A DNA stretch of 64,000 nt from Acidaminobacteraceae bacterium (GTDB taxonomy: Bacteria; Bacillota; Clostridia; Peptostreptococcales; Acidaminobacteraceae). The stretch covers positions 8,276 to 72,275 of the forward strand of contig JBHAZV010000006.1 of the NCBI GenBank assembly GCA_041781135.1. The letters run 5' to 3'. The notes beneath the pieces were generated by a model. The model saw nothing but the letters and a program-made list of their open reading frames with translations. It was not told the DNA's origin and did no database searches. Below are positions 9,525-20,579 of this stretch, piece by piece. A program made the translations under genes and the position numbers. How positions within the stretch are numbered: position 1 is the stretch's first letter; every line of letters starts with the position of its first letter.

Positions 9525-9618
9525 TGGCGAGGGCGTGTGAGAATCGAACTCACCAAACCAGCAACCCAGTTTAGCCGGTTTTGAAGACCGGTAGGCACAC
9601 CAGCACCTATCCGCCCCC
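9525..9618 (-). tRNA. selC: tRNA-Sec (anticodon UCA)
   Basis: Hand fold of the minus strand:
- acceptor GGGGGCGG (one G.U and one terminal G/A mismatch);
- AU linker;
- D stem AGGUGC-UGGU-GUGCCU (6 bp, 4-nt loop);
- anticodon arm CCGGU-CUUCAAA-ACCGG;
- 21-nt variable arm;
- T arm GUGAG-UUCGAUU-CUCAC;
- 3' strand ACGCCCUC, then G-CCA.
This is the same 8+2+6+4+6+1+5+7+5 layout as E. coli selC, and it is 94 nt long. Confidence 0.88.
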
Positions 9619-9627
9619 ATCGTGTGA

Positions 9628-9656
9628 ATTATACTGATAAATTTGTGTTTGTGCAA
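9628..9656 (-). promoter_or_regulatory. sigma70-type promoter of selC (TTGCAC-17-TATAAT)
   Basis: -35 rc at 9651-9656, -10 rc at 9628-9633, 17-nt spacer. It lies about 10 nt upstream of the tRNA 5' end. Confidence 0.6.
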
Positions 9657-9878
9657 GCGCAATATTGATATTATCAAAACTTGTAATTTTGTGTAGGGCG
9701 GAAATTCGGCATATGCCAAATCCCTGTCCTGTACAAAGCGTCAAAGCCTATTTGCCAAAATACGGCGCAAGGGAAGCGCGCCGCAAAAGTAAATTCAGCA
9801 AGCGCTCGACAATCAATTAGCAAAATTCGCCTTAGAACTGCAAATAAGACGACAAACTCATAAAATTACTTCGAATAT

Positions 9879-10670
9879 CTAACTCAGCGCCACATCAAGC
9901 ATCATCATAAGAGCAAAACCCAGAGCATAGCTTATCGTTCCGACATTGGAATGACCGCCTTCCGCCATATCCGGAACAAGCTCCTCGACCACGACATAAA
10001 TCATCGCGCCTGCGGCAAAGCTCAGCAAATAAGGCAGCACAGGCACAATATAACCAGACAAAAGGATTGTCGCGACTGCCGCAACAGGCTCAAGCGCTCC
10101 CGAAAATACGCCAAGCCAAAACGATTTCATTTTGTTGCCGCCCGCAAGGCTAAGCGGCATCGAAACAATTGCGCCCTCAGGGAAATTCTGAAGCGCTATA
10201 CCTATCGAGAGCGAAAGCGCTCCCACTGCGGTGATGGAGGTTTCTCCGCTGAGCCACCCTGCGCATACGACGCCTACCGCCATGCCCTCCGGTATATTGT
10301 GAAGCGCCACTGCGAACACCATCATCATTGTCCTGCTCATACGGGATTTTGGCCCTTCAGCTTCTCCGCTGACTACATGTATATGCGGTATCACCATATC
10401 CAAAACAAGCAGAAAGAATATTCCGAGCATAAAACCCACAACTGCAGGAACAAATGCAAACTTCCCCATGCTTTCCGAATGGTCCATTGCAGGAATCAGC
10501 AGACTCCAAACGCTTGCAGCAGTCATAACACCTGCGGCAAACCCACTCAGAGATCTTCGGACCTTGTCTCCAAGGCCCTTTTTCAAAAAAAACACACCCA
10601 TCGAACCGAGCGATGTGCCCAAAAACGGCAGCAGCAACACCACTAATAATACAAAATCCTGTTCTTTCAT
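9879..10670 (-). CDS. zupT: ZIP-family divalent metal (zinc) transporter
   Basis: 263 aa, polytopic. Paired motifs HNIPEGMAVG and LQNFPEGA are typical of ZupT/ZIP. Confidence 0.8.
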   Translation of the reverse strand: MKEQDFVLLVVLLLPFLGTSLGSMGVFFLKKGLGDKVRRSLSGFAAGVMTAASVWSLLIPAMDHSESMGKFAFVPAVVGFMLGIFFLLVLDMVIPHIHVVSGEAEGPKSRMSRTMMMVFAVALHNIPEGMAVGVVCAGWLSGETSITAVGALSLSIGIALQNFPEGAIVSMPLSLAGGNKMKSFWLGVFSGALEPVAAVATILLSGYIVPVLPYLLSFAAGAMIYVVVEELVPDMAEGGHSNVGTISYALGFALMMMLDVALS

Positions 10671-10676
10671 ATATTC

Positions 10677-10705
10677 ATATAACTACGATTTCTCATAAAT
10701 GTCAA
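10677..10705 (-). promoter_or_regulatory. Promoter TTGACA-17-TTATAT placed 6 nt before the zupT ATG (leaderless geometry)
   Basis: -35 rc at 10700-10705, -10 rc at 10677-10682, then 6 nt (10671-10676), then ATG 10670. No SD is present. Confidence 0.55.
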
Positions 10706-10714
10706 CTGCACGAC

Positions 10715-10745
10715 AAAAAATCGGCGCTATCTGTGACAGCGCCGA
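10715..10745 (-). terminator. Intrinsic terminator after the SPFH gene
   Basis: Stem TCGGCGCT/AGCGCCGA (10721-10728 / 10738-10745), followed on the minus strand by U6 (10715-10720). Confidence 0.7.
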
Positions 10746-10770
10746 CTTAAATTCGAATATACCCGAAAAT

Positions 10771-11844
10771 TTACTGTAACGGATTTGCACATTCAGGGCA
10801 GAATTTAGGATTGCCCGAAATCTGATTTCCGCACTTAGGGCACGACCTCGCAGGAGATTTGCCGCATTCAGGACAGAACTTGTTGGTTGCGCCCATAGCA
10901 CTGCCGCAATGAGGACAAGCAATCGTCGCCGCCGCAGGCTGCTGCTGTACAGGCGGCTGTTGTACAGGCTGCTGAACCTGTCCCATATTCATCATGCTCG
11001 CAGCCATCGCCTGACCAATACCGGCTCCCGCGCCAAGACCCGCGCCCATGCCAGCCATTCCGCCTTCGTTTTTAGCTGCATCTCTTATCGCCTCCGCAGT
11101 CTGATACTTCATATACTGATCGAGGTTTCCGAGAGCCCCCATTTGAGAACGTTTATCAATAGCTTCTTCGACAGCAGGAGGAAGCGAAATATTTTCAATC
11201 GAAAAATCAGCAACCGAGAGACCAAACAACCCGAAGCGCTCCTGAAGCTTATTCTGAATAAGCTGCTCAAGTTCTCCGTATTTTGCGGCAAGATCGATTG
11301 CGGCAATCCCAGACTCGCCGAGCGCATCCGAGAAAGCGGAAACCACGAGCGATTTCAGGTGATCTATTATGCCATCGACCGTGTATAATTTTGCCGAACC
11401 AAACGCCTCGCGCAGGAACATCACAGCGTCTGTAACTTTGAACGAATATACGCCAAACGCCCTCAGCCTTACTGTGCCAAACTCTGAATCGCGCATCATC
11501 ACAGGATTTGGTGTTCCCCATTTCTGTCCGAGAAACTGCTTTGTATTCACAAAGTAGACATCGGTCTTAAAATGATTGTTAAACAGATACTTCCAGTTGG
11601 ATAAAGTCGTCAGAACCGGCATCGAATCAGTATTCAGAGTATACTTGCCCGGCTGATAAACATCGGCGATCTGCCCCTGGTACTGAAAAACTGCAACCTG
11701 CGACTCTCTTACGATCAGCTGCGCGCCTTCTTTGATCTGCTGTTTCTCGGGTACCGGAAACTTCCAGACCATGGTGTCGTGAGTGTCATCTTCCCATGCG
11801 ATAACCTCTAGAAATTCACCTTTGATAAAATCCAATATGCCCAT
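10771..11844 (-). CDS. SPFH/Band-7-like protein with C-terminal double zinc ribbon
   Basis: 357 aa. N-terminus MGILDFIKGEFLEVIAWEDD... (YdjI-like family as recalled), a Q/P/G/M-rich linker, then CPHCG...CPECG and CPKCG...CPEC zinc-ribbon pairs. Confidence 0.6.
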   Translation of the reverse strand: MGILDFIKGEFLEVIAWEDDTHDTMVWKFPVPEKQQIKEGAQLIVRESQVAVFQYQGQIADVYQPGKYTLNTDSMPVLTTLSNWKYLFNNHFKTDVYFVNTKQFLGQKWGTPNPVMMRDSEFGTVRLRAFGVYSFKVTDAVMFLREAFGSAKLYTVDGIIDHLKSLVVSAFSDALGESGIAAIDLAAKYGELEQLIQNKLQERFGLFGLSVADFSIENISLPPAVEEAIDKRSQMGALGNLDQYMKYQTAEAIRDAAKNEGGMAGMGAGLGAGAGIGQAMAASMMNMGQVQQPVQQPPVQQQPAAATIACPHCGSAMGATNKFCPECGKSPARSCPKCGNQISGNPKFCPECANPLQ

Positions 11845-11899
11845 AACACCTCCTGTTATGTTTTTACTTTATCATTTATTTTTATCAAACTCAATGGTT

Positions 11900-13318
11900 T
11901 TATGAGATTTTTTCAAGCGTATTTCTCAAAAATTGATAAACCCTTTCAATTGAAGAAATGCGCACTCTCTCATCAGGGGTATGCACATCATGATGCTCCG
12001 GCCCAATCGAAACCATGTCGATATCGCCGATTTTTTCGACCAAGTATCCACATTCAAGACCCGCGTGTATCGCGCTGATTTCCAATTCGCTGCCGTAAAG
12101 CTCCTTCCAAACCTTCTTCATGTGCTCTCTAAGATACGACTCTTCTCTGAACTGCCATTCCGGATAGCCGTCAGAAAGCTTTGTTTCGCCGCCAAAGCGC
12201 TCTGTAAGCTTTACAAGATTCTCTGCAAGCTCGTATTTTCTGCTCCTTACTGAAGATCTTACAGACTGATGCACCTCAAGGACACCGCCGTCTAAAACTG
12301 CAATCGCAAGATTGAGAGAAGTCTCTACAAGCCCGTCGACAGAATGGCTCATGCGCTGCACTCCATGTGGAGCGAGCAGCAGATAATCGATCATTTTTTT
12401 GGATTCTTCGACGCCAAGCACCGGAAGCTCTCCTTCAAAATCAGAAACCACCAAATTCACAGAATCCTCTATTCCCGCATATTCGTTATTAAAAACAGCC
12501 TGCATATCGGCGACAAAATCCATACTGCCATCAAATGCTACAACCGCCTCCGCGCTCTGCGGGATGGCATTCATTTTTATACCGCCCTTAAAGGAAGCAA
12601 TTTGAACGCCGCGGCATTTGTCGAGCACACGCGCAAGCAGTTTTATAGAATTGGCTCTCTCCTTGACTATCTCCTGACCGGAATGACCGCCTTTCAGACC
12701 GCCCACAGCAATCTTTTTTAACCCGCCTCTTGCAGCTCCGAAGCTGACAGGAAGCCTTGCCGTATGGTTTATGCCGCCGGCGCAGGAAGCAAGCAGGATG
12801 CCCTCTTCCTCCGAATCGATATTTATTAGCATATCGCCCTTTACCGCGCCCTTTTTGAGCCCTATAACACCGTCCATACCCGTCTCTTCGGTGGCAGTAA
12901 ACAAAAACGACATCGCAGGATACGCAGAGACCTTATCCTCCATAATGGCGAGCATCATTGCAGCGCCTATTCCGTTATCCGCGCCGAGAGTAGTGCCCTC
13001 GGTCATTATCCAGTCGCCATCAACCTTAACAGGTATCGGCGAACACGCGAAATCAAAATCATAGCCATCCCTTGCAATACATACCATATCGGTATGAGCC
13101 TGCAAAATCACAGTTTTTGAGCTATTGCTGCCCTGCGCGGGTTTTTCTACAATCACATTATGAAACTCATCCCTGACCACATGCAGCCCAAGCTCATTTG
13201 CCGTTCCCTCAATATACTTTGCGACCCTGAGCTCGTCACCTGAACATCTCGGTATTTTTGTCAGTTCTTCAAAATAGTAAAGCACCCTCTCCGGCTTTAA
13301 TCCCGTTAATTTGCCCAT
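11900..13318 (-). CDS. pepD: Aminoacyl-histidine dipeptidase (M20C, PepD family)
   Basis: ORF 11900..13345. ATG 13318 follows GGAGGGA. Motifs: LQAHTDMV, LGADNGIG, TATEETGMDG, GGHSG. Confidence 0.8.
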   Translation of the reverse strand: MGKLTGLKPERVLYYFEELTKIPRCSGDELRVAKYIEGTANELGLHVVRDEFHNVIVEKPAQGSNSSKTVILQAHTDMVCIARDGYDFDFACSPIPVKVDGDWIMTEGTTLGADNGIGAAMMLAIMEDKVSAYPAMSFLFTATEETGMDGVIGLKKGAVKGDMLINIDSEEEGILLASCAGGINHTARLPVSFGAARGGLKKIAVGGLKGGHSGQEIVKERANSIKLLARVLDKCRGVQIASFKGGIKMNAIPQSAEAVVAFDGSMDFVADMQAVFNNEYAGIEDSVNLVVSDFEGELPVLGVEESKKMIDYLLLAPHGVQRMSHSVDGLVETSLNLAIAVLDGGVLEVHQSVRSSVRSRKYELAENLVKLTERFGGETKLSDGYPEWQFREESYLREHMKKVWKELYGSELEISAIHAGLECGYLVEKIGDIDMVSIGPEHHDVHTPDERVRISSIERVYQFLRNTLEKIS

Positions 13319-13374
13319 GCTCCCTCCTATATTTAAACTATTCAAGATTTAAACTATTCAAGCAGCCATTCGAA

Positions 13375-13851
13375 CTATATAATAACTATGCTCTCTATGA
13401 CTACATCATTAAGCGGCCTGTCTCTGTGGTCGGTATCGACGGCGGCGATCTTGTCCACAACCTCTATTCCGCCGATAACCCTGCCGAACGCCGCATACCC
13501 GCCATCAAGATGAGGCGCAGCCTTGTGACAAATAAAAAACTGCGAGCTTGCCGAATCGGGATCTGCGCTCCTTGCCATGGAAATAACGCCTCTCTCATGC
13601 CGCAAATTATTATTATGCCCGTTTTGTGCAAACTCGCCGACTATATTTTGCTCCGCGCCGCCCATACCTGTTCCGTCGGGGCAGCCTCCCTGTATCATAA
13701 AATTATTTATGACCCTGTGGAAAATCAATCCGTCATAAAATCCTGCGCCTACAAGAGACAAAAAATTTTCGCAAGTCTTTGGAGCATGCTCCCCGAGCAG
13801 CTCTATGTCAATGACCCCAAAATCCTTTACAGTTAACCTTACCTTACTCAC
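13375..13851 (-). CDS. Cyclophilin-type peptidyl-prolyl cis-trans isomerase
   Basis: FHRVINNFMIQGGCPDGTGMGG and SMARS...SQFFI motifs. Start is uncertain (TTG 13869 or GTG 13851). Confidence 0.85.
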   Translation of the reverse strand: MSKVRLTVKDFGVIDIELLGEHAPKTCENFLSLVGAGFYDGLIFHRVINNFMIQGGCPDGTGMGGAEQNIVGEFAQNGHNNNLRHERGVISMARSADPDSASSQFFICHKAAPHLDGGYAAFGRVIGGIEVVDKIAAVDTDHRDRPLNDVVIESIVII

Positions 13852-14470
13852 ATTGCACCTGCCTTTCAATATGTATATTTAATTGTTTTTCCTCAAAAAT
13901 TGCATTGAACCTGTCCCACAGCTCGTACTTGCCCTGCCTGCTGTCCGCCGATGTGACAGTAATAGCCTCGCCTTGCACTCCGAGCGCATCTGATATTTCG
14001 GCGCAGCTCTGCCGCTGCCTCTGCCGTCCGAGCTTATCTCCCTTTGTGGCTGCAAGCACGCCATTAAATCCGCTCGCTTTTATCCATTCTATCATTTTTA
14101 TGTCGTCCTGCGTAGGTTTGTGCCTTATATCCACCAACATAACGACTTCAACTAAATTTTTTCTTGTGCCCAAGTACTCGCCAATGAGCTTGCCCCAACT
14201 ATTGCGAACCTGTTTGGAGACATTTGCAAAACCATATCCGGGCAAATCAACTATTCTGAAAAGACCATCTACACTGAAAAAATTTATCAGCTGCGTCTTG
14301 CCGGGAGTCGAAGATGTCTTTACAAGATTCCTGCGGCCGAGCAACATATTTATCAGCGAAGATTTGCCTACATTGGAGCGCCCGACTATAGCGAGCTCTG
14401 GCAAATCATCGTCCGGATACTGGTTCTTTCCCGCCGCAGAGCCGACAAATTTCGAAATTTTTATCTTCAT
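13844..14470 (-). CDS. engB: Ribosome-biogenesis GTPase YsxC/EngB
   Basis: GRSNVGKSSLIN P-loop, DLPGYG, ATKGDK. Position after lon is conserved in Firmicutes. Confidence 0.85.
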   Translation of the reverse strand: MKIKISKFVGSAAGKNQYPDDDLPELAIVGRSNVGKSSLINMLLGRRNLVKTSSTPGKTQLINFFSVDGLFRIVDLPGYGFANVSKQVRNSWGKLIGEYLGTRKNLVEVVMLVDIRHKPTQDDIKMIEWIKASGFNGVLAATKGDKLGRQRQRQSCAEISDALGVQGEAITVTSADSRQGKYELWDRFNAIFEEKQLNIHIERQVQCE

Positions 14471-16902
14471 TTTACAAGCGCCAACTTAAGAACCTGTTTC
14501 ATATTTTTAACAGGTACAAATTCCATAGCCGTTCTCAGCTCTTCCGGAAGTTCTTCGAAATCGCTCTGATTTTCTATTGGATAGAGCACCGTTTTGATTC
14601 CGGCTCTTAAGGCAGCGAGAGCCTTCTCCTTAAGACCGCCGATAGGAAGCACCCTGCCTCGCAGAGTGACCTCACCGGTCATCGCCACAAACCTGCTGAC
14701 CTTGATTCCGGAAAAAGCAGAAACAATAGCAGTTGCCATCGTAATACCCGCCGAAGGACCGTCCTTTGGTATCGCCCCCTCCGGAATATGTATATGGACA
14801 TCCTTGCTGGTGTAAAGCTTTTCGTCTATTTTATAGTCTTTGGAGATTGTTCTCACAAAACTGAGCGCCGCCTCTGCAGATTCCTTCATAACATCGCCCA
14901 CCTGCCCGGTGATTTTGAGCTTCCCGCTGCCTCCGTCCAGAATATTTACTTCTATCGACAAAGTTTCGCCGCCTACAGAAGTCCATGCAAGACCTGTAAC
15001 TACTCCTACCTGATCTTCGCCGGCGACTATATCGAATCTGTATTTTTTCTTGCCGAGGTACTTGGAAACACTGCGTTCAGCCACTTTCACGGAGCGAATG
15101 TCCTCCTTGACGATTCTGACCGCAGCCTTTCGGCATATATCAGCTATTTTTCGTTCGAGATTTCGAACGCCTGATTCCCGCGTATAACCCCTGATTATCT
15201 CTTTTATAGCGGTATCGCTGATAGTACAGGTGCTCGCGCTCAGACCATGCTCTGCAAGCTTTTTTGGAACGAGGTATTTTGCCGCAATATTCAGTTTTTC
15301 GTCCTCGGTATATCCGGAAATCTCAATAACCTCCATTCTGTCCAACAGCGGCCGAGGTATTGTAGACAGCGTGTTTGCGGTCGCAATAAAAATAACGTCG
15401 CTCAAATCAAACGGTATTTCGAGGTAATGGTCGGTAAAATCTTTGTTCTGCTCGGAATCGAGCACTTCCAGCAGCGCTCCTGCCGGATCGCCCCGGAAAT
15501 CGCCGGCAAGCTTATCTATTTCATCGAGCAGTATCAGCGGATTTCTTGTTCCGGCATCCTTTATGCAGCTGATTATCCTGCCGGGTATCGCGCCGATATA
15601 AGTGCGCCTGTGCCCCCTTATCTCCGCTTCATCTCTGACACCGCCAAGGGACATCCTCGTATAATTCCTGCCGAGAGCCTTTGCTATCGACTTGCCTATA
15701 GAGGTTTTTCCAACTCCGGGAGGCCCGACAAGGCATATTATCTGCCCTTTCATCTTTTTGTTAAGCTGCCTGACAGCCAGGTATTCAAGTATCCTCTCCT
15801 TCACCTTTTCGAGCCCATAATGGTCGCCCTCAAGGATACTCTCGGCTTTTACGATATCTTCATTATCCTTCGTGGTCTTTTTCCATGGAAGATCGAGTAT
15901 CAGACTGACATAAGAGCGTATTACCGCACTCTCGGCAGACGAGGCATTCATACGCGAATATCTGTCTATCTCTCTTTCCAACTTCACATTTATGGCTTTT
16001 GGAAGTTTAAGCGAGGCAAGCTTCTTCTTCATTTCCATGACTTCGGTTTCGAGCTCTGTATCGTCGCCGAGTTCAGTCTGAATGACCTTGATCTGCTCGC
16101 GCAAAAAATATTCCTTTTGGTTCTTATTGAGCTTCTTATGGAGTTTTTCTTCGATATCGCGCTGGGTTTCGGCGATTTCGATCTCTCCATACAGAGACAT
16201 CAGAAGGATTTCGAGCCTTTCCTCGACTACTATTGCATTCAGCACACTCTGCTTTGCTTCAAGGCCGATCGGCAGATTATCTGCGATTATATCAGCAACA
16301 AGCCCTGCATCCTGAAGCTTGGCAAGCTTGCCGGTAAGACTCGCCACGCGCTGATTCATAAGGGTTACATATTTTTCAAAGCCCTTTACCGCCACATTCT
16401 TGCGCTTCAGATTTTCGGCAGCAACATTGGCATCGTAGCCGTCGCAGTGGCGATCTTGCAAGACCTGCACCGCAACCTTTCCAAAACCGTCGGTCGATAT
16501 CGTATCGAGTTTGACCGCCCTCGCCTCGGTTTTCACAACAACTCTGACACTGCCGCCCTGTATATTGATCCTGTCGGTTATTTCCGCAATTACACCTATG
16601 CTGTGACAATCATCGGGAAGCAGCGGTTCGCTCGCGTTCTCCTTTTGGGTCGCGACAAACAGCGGCGTTTTATTGTCGACAGAATACTGCACCGCAAGAA
16701 TATCTCTCTCGGTAGAAATATCTATTTGGTAAATTCTTCCTGGGAAAAAGACCGCATTGCGCAGCGACAGCATTGCCACTATGTTCTTTTTAATCTCGGA
16801 CAAACCGCCGCCAACACCTGCACCCACCGAAGACACAGCGCTTTCTTCGTACGCCGTCGTCTCGATATCACCGCTGTTTGTTGAATTCTTCAAATCGTTC
16901 AT
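14467..16902 (-). CDS. lon: ATP-dependent Lon protease
   Basis: 811 aa. Walker [10 protein letters not shown] and the protease serine motif [14 protein letters not shown]. Confidence 0.95.
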   Translation of the reverse strand: MNDLKNSTNSGDIETTAYEESAVSSVGAGVGGGLSEIKKNIVAMLSLRNAVFFPGRIYQIDISTERDILAVQYSVDNKTPLFVATQKENASEPLLPDDCHSIGVIAEITDRINIQGGSVRVVVKTEARAVKLDTISTDGFGKVAVQVLQDRHCDGYDANVAAENLKRKNVAVKGFEKYVTLMNQRVASLTGKLAKLQDAGLVADIIADNLPIGLEAKQSVLNAIVVEERLEILLMSLYGEIEIAETQRDIEEKLHKKLNKNQKEYFLREQIKVIQTELGDDTELETEVMEMKKKLASLKLPKAINVKLEREIDRYSRMNASSAESAVIRSYVSLILDLPWKKTTKDNEDIVKAESILEGDHYGLEKVKERILEYLAVRQLNKKMKGQIICLVGPPGVGKTSIGKSIAKALGRNYTRMSLGGVRDEAEIRGHRRTYIGAIPGRIISCIKDAGTRNPLILLDEIDKLAGDFRGDPAGALLEVLDSEQNKDFTDHYLEIPFDLSDVIFIATANTLSTIPRPLLDRMEVIEISGYTEDEKLNIAAKYLVPKKLAEHGLSASTCTISDTAIKEIIRGYTRESGVRNLERKIADICRKAAVRIVKEDIRSVKVAERSVSKYLGKKKYRFDIVAGEDQVGVVTGLAWTSVGGETLSIEVNILDGGSGKLKITGQVGDVMKESAEAALSFVRTISKDYKIDEKLYTSKDVHIHIPEGAIPKDGPSAGITMATAIVSAFSGIKVSRFVAMTGEVTLRGRVLPIGGLKEKALAALRAGIKTVLYPIENQSDFEELPEELRTAMEFVPVKNMKQVLKLALVK

Positions 16903-16911
16903 ACCTCTCCG

Positions 16912-18144
16912 CTATCCGACTTTTTTATCAATAAAGTTCGAGATTGCCGACCTCACATCCTTTTCAGAAATTCTGACCCGCTTTATTTTTTTATTAGACG
17001 GAGTCTCGTACATATAGTCCATCAAAAGTTTTTCCATGACCGACCTTAGTCCGCGCGCGCCCATTTTTCGGCGGTGCGATTCGTCGGCTATCGCCTTAAG
17101 GGCATCCTTTGTTATCTGAAGCTCTACCCCGTCGAGCTCAAACAGCTTTTTGTACTGCTTGACAAGCGCATTTTTCGGCTCTGTGAGGACTCTTATGAGC
17201 GATTCCACAGTCAGTTCGCTCAAAGTGACGACAACCGGAAGCCTTCCCACCATTTCCGGGATTATCCCGTACTTTATGAGGTCGGAAGGCTCTATCCTTT
17301 CTAAAAGCTCGGTCTTTGACGCGTCATTTTTGCTCTTTATGTCCGCGCCGAATCCCATTACTTTTTGATCGACGCGGTTTTTTATAATTTTATCGATACC
17401 CTCAAATGCGCCGCCGCAAATAAACAATATGTTTGTAGTGTCGACTTTTATCATCTCCTGCTCAGGGTGCTTGCGGCCTCCCTGAGGCGGAACGCTTGCA
17501 ACCGTACCCTCGAGGATTTTCAGCAAAGCCTGCTGTACCCCCTCGCCGGAAACATCCCGCGTAATCGACGGATTTTCAGTCTTTCGGGTTATCTTGTCTA
17601 TTTCATCCACATAAATAATACCGCGCTCCGCAAGCTCTATATCGTAGTCGGCATCTTGTACAAGCTTGAGTATGATATTTTCCACGTCTTCGCCGACATA
17701 ACCAGCCTCTGTAAGCGTAGTGGCATCCGCAATGGCAAACGGAACCTTAAGTATTTTTGCCAAAGTCCTCGCAAGCAGCGTCTTTCCCGAACCAGTAGGG
17801 CCAAGCATCAGCACATTGCTTTTTTGAAGCTCTACGCCACCGTCCAGCTCATCAGAGTTGTAAATCCTCTTGTAATGATTATAGACTGCGACTGACAATA
17901 CCTTTTTAGCCTGCTCCTGACCTATGACATAGTCGTCGAGCATCGCCTTGATCTCGGCAGGCTTCGGAAGTTCGCCTACATCCTCCGTTTCTTTATCCGC
18001 CTTGTACTGCTCCTTTGTGACGTTATAGCATATTTGTATGCAGTTATGACAAATACAAGCGCCCGCCGGACCGCCAAACATCAGCAATCCGTCGTCCTCG
18101 CTCCTGCCGCAGAATGAACAGGTCAGTTTTTTATTAGCCATCAA
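16912..18144 (-). CDS. clpX: ATP-dependent Clp protease ATP-binding subunit ClpX
   Basis: N-terminal zinc finger CSFCG...CHNC, Walker A GPTGSGKT, and the IGF-like loop region. Confidence 0.95.
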   Translation of the reverse strand: MMANKKLTCSFCGRSEDDGLLMFGGPAGACICHNCIQICYNVTKEQYKADKETEDVGELPKPAEIKAMLDDYVIGQEQAKKVLSVAVYNHYKRIYNSDELDGGVELQKSNVLMLGPTGSGKTLLARTLAKILKVPFAIADATTLTEAGYVGEDVENIILKLVQDADYDIELAERGIIYVDEIDKITRKTENPSITRDVSGEGVQQALLKILEGTVASVPPQGGRKHPEQEMIKVDTTNILFICGGAFEGIDKIIKNRVDQKVMGFGADIKSKNDASKTELLERIEPSDLIKYGIIPEMVGRLPVVVTLSELTVESLIRVLTEPKNALVKQYKKLFELDGVELQITKDALKAIADESHRRKMGARGLRSVMEKLLMDYMYETPSNKKIKRVRISEKDVRSAISNFIDKKVG

Positions 18145-18728
18145 TTCTCCTTCTTCTCGATCACTTCGTCTATCAGACCGTATGCCTTTGCCTCCTGCGC
18201 AGACATAAAATAGTCGCGCTCAGTATCCACAGATATCTTTTCGAGAGGCTGGCCAGTCATGTCAGACAGAAGCTTGTTCATGAGCTCCTTAGTCTTTTGC
18301 AGACGCTCAGCCTGAATCCTTACGTCAGTGGCCTGCCCCCTCGCTCCTCCAAGCGGCTGATGGATCATTATCTCTGAATGCGGCAGCGCGCTTCTCTTGC
18401 CTTTATCGCCCGCCGCAAGCAGCACAGCCCCCATAGAGGCGGCCATTCCAACGCATATAGTAGCAATTTTAGGGCGCACAAGCTTCATTGTGTCAAAAAT
18501 TGCCATTCCCGCGGTTATAGAACCGCCGGGACTGTTTATGTACACATTGATATCCTTGTCGGGATCCTCAGCCTCTAAAAACAAAAGCTGAGCGACCACA
18601 GTGTTCGCCATAGTATCTTCGATCTCGCCCGATATAAAAATTATCCTGTCTTTTAAGAGCCGCGAATAAATATCGTACGACCTTTCTCCACGGCTTGTCT
18701 GCTCTATTACATAAGGTATAAGCGACAT
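18141..18728 (-). CDS. clpP: ATP-dependent Clp protease proteolytic subunit
   Basis: 195 aa. Motifs: [31 protein letters not shown]. Confidence 0.95.
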   Translation of the reverse strand: MSLIPYVIEQTSRGERSYDIYSRLLKDRIIFISGEIEDTMANTVVAQLLFLEAEDPDKDINVYINSPGGSITAGMAIFDTMKLVRPKIATICVGMAASMGAVLLAAGDKGKRSALPHSEIMIHQPLGGARGQATDVRIQAERLQKTKELMNKLLSDMTGQPLEKISVDTERDYFMSAQEAKAYGLIDEVIEKKEN

Positions 18729-18771
18729 AACTCCTCCTCCTGCGCCCGCAAGATGCGAGCCGCTGTTTTGT

Positions 18772-20049
18772 TTATTTTTCCACCGCGCCGTCGAGCAGCA
18801 GTTTTACTACTTTTTCAAACTGAATCTGCTCTGCAAGAGCCCTCTGCTGGCCCTCGTAAAACGATCTTACGGTGTCGACGGACATTTTGTACATATCCGC
18901 CATTCTTGCGTATTCTTTTTCTTTATCCTCGTCGGTGATCTCAAAATTTTCTTTTATGCGAATCTTTTCGAACACCAAATCCTGTTTGATCTTCTGAACG
19001 GCATCTTTTCTCATGTCGTTTCTGATTGAATCCTCGCCGCCCATAAATTCAAAATACTGTTCTGCAGAGAGCCCCTGGCGCTTCAGCTGATTCGAAAAAT
19101 GTTCGATCATTGAGTCTAGCTCCGTTTCTATCATTCTTTCCGGCAGTTCCTCTGTCATCAGAGCGGCAGCTGCTGCAAATACTCTTTGTCGTTTTAATTC
19201 TTCACTTGATTTTGCAACTTCCTTTTCCAATTCCTCTCTGATAAATTTTTTATACTCGTCAAGAGTGTCAAATTCAGAAACATCTTTTACAAATTCATCA
19301 TTTAGTTCAGGAAGAACAAGCTCTTTGACTTCATTGATCTTGCACGCAAACACCGCATCCTTTCCAGCAAGATGCTCAGCTCTGTAATCGTCGGGAAATC
19401 TCACGGAGACGCTCACATCCTCGCCTGCAACGTGACCTACGAGCTGATCTTCAAACCCCGGAATAAACGAGCCTGAGCCGAGCTTCAAATCGTGCGCCTT
19501 CATGCTTCCACCTTCGAAAATTTCTCCATCGACTCTGCCCTCGAAGTCTATATTCACTATGTCGCCGTTTTTCGCAGCCCTCTCCGCAACTGTTATCCTG
19601 CCATTTTTTTCGCGTTCTTCTTCTATTCTCTGATTTACTTTTTCATCGCTGACATTCCTGTCTATTGCTTCGATTTCGAGCGCCTTGTAATCTCCGATTT
19701 CAAATTCAGGAGTGACTGCAAAAATAGCGGTAAAGACAAGCCCTTCTTTCTCTCCTATGCTCTCGATCTCTATTTCCGGCTTGCTCGACGGACTTAGTTC
19801 GAGCGCATCGAGCGCTGCCGGGTATTTTTCGGAGACAAGTCTGTTGGCGGCATCTTCAAAAAATATGCCCTCGCCGTAGTACCTCTCCATAACTCCCCTT
19901 GGAGCCTTGCCCTTTCGGAATCCGGGAATTCCGTACCTGCTTTTATTTTTTGTATAGGAATAATTAAGCCCCTCAGCAAATTCTTTGGAATCTAACTCCA
20001 CTCTGATGGTAACTTCATTGTTTTCCCGTTTGACGACTGATTGATTCAT
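18772..20049 (-). CDS. tig: Trigger factor
   Basis: 425 aa. GFRKGKAP ribosome-binding motif and an FKBP-like middle domain. Located upstream of clpP-clpX. Confidence 0.9.
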   Translation of the reverse strand: MNQSVVKRENNEVTIRVELDSKEFAEGLNYSYTKNKSRYGIPGFRKGKAPRGVMERYYGEGIFFEDAANRLVSEKYPAALDALELSPSSKPEIEIESIGEKEGLVFTAIFAVTPEFEIGDYKALEIEAIDRNVSDEKVNQRIEEEREKNGRITVAERAAKNGDIVNIDFEGRVDGEIFEGGSMKAHDLKLGSGSFIPGFEDQLVGHVAGEDVSVSVRFPDDYRAEHLAGKDAVFACKINEVKELVLPELNDEFVKDVSEFDTLDEYKKFIREELEKEVAKSSEELKRQRVFAAAAALMTEELPERMIETELDSMIEHFSNQLKRQGLSAEQYFEFMGGEDSIRNDMRKDAVQKIKQDLVFEKIRIKENFEITDEDKEKEYARMADMYKMSVDTVRSFYEGQQRALAEQIQFEKVVKLLLDGAVEK

Positions 20050-20099
20050 TTTTCCCCCTATATTCCTTGATTATAGCCTTAATATGTTACTCTAATTAG

Positions 20100-20579
20100 C
20101 TAAAAAAGTAAATAATCGGCTTTAATAGCATCTATTTCGCGTTCTAACGCATCATTTGCCGCGTCAAAATCAAATCCCCTTCGCATCAGAGCCGCCAAAA
20201 TCCGCTGCCGCACCTTGTAATCGCGAGCATCCGCACCCTTTTCGATCTCTCTGCGAAGCCTTTGAGCTGCAATCTCTCGAATTGCAGAGGCTTCGCCGCA
20301 ATCCTGGGCGTCTGCAAAAACCTCATCAATAACATTCTTCGCTATGCCCTTTTGCCTCAAAAAAAATTCGAGCCTTCTCCTGCCGTACTTTTGAGAATTA
20401 AGCTCAACATAGTTCCTTGCATATCTTAAATCGCTAATAATGCCGCCTGCCGACAACTGCTCTAACACCCTGCGGATCTCCGGCTCGTCAAAACCTTTTT
20501 TTACAAGAGCTTCGCGGATTTTTTGCTCCGTATAGTCGCGCCTTGCGAGCAGCATCATTGCATATGCATCTGCCTTCAC
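20100..20579 (-). CDS. recX: Regulatory protein RecX
   Basis: 159-aa helical-repeat protein with RecX-like repeats (LLARRDYTEQKIREALVKKGF..., LRQKGI..., LMRRGFDFD). Confidence 0.7.
   Translation of the reverse strand: MKADAYAMMLLARRDYTEQKIREALVKKGFDEPEIRRVLEQLSAGGIISDLRYARNYVELNSQKYGRRRLEFFLRQKGIAKNVIDEVFADAQDCGEASAIREIAAQRLRREIEKGADARDYKVRQRILAALMRRGFDFDAANDALEREIDAIKADYLLF

Noticed and set aside
9757-9783. Weak hairpin CGGCGC-N9-GCGCCG followed by UAUUUU on the minus strand, about 95 nt downstream of zupT.
   Set aside because: It is plausibly the zupT terminator, but the stem is short (6 bp) and the U-tract is poor, so I did not list it as a feature.
15247-16884. Very long antisense ORFs: 545 aa opposite lon, plus 396 aa at 60447-61637 and 343 aa at 5817-6848.
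   Set aside because: These are shadow ORFs opposite well-supported genes. Their products are low-complexity, R/K/F/I-rich sequences with no motifs, and they have no SD or promoter context.
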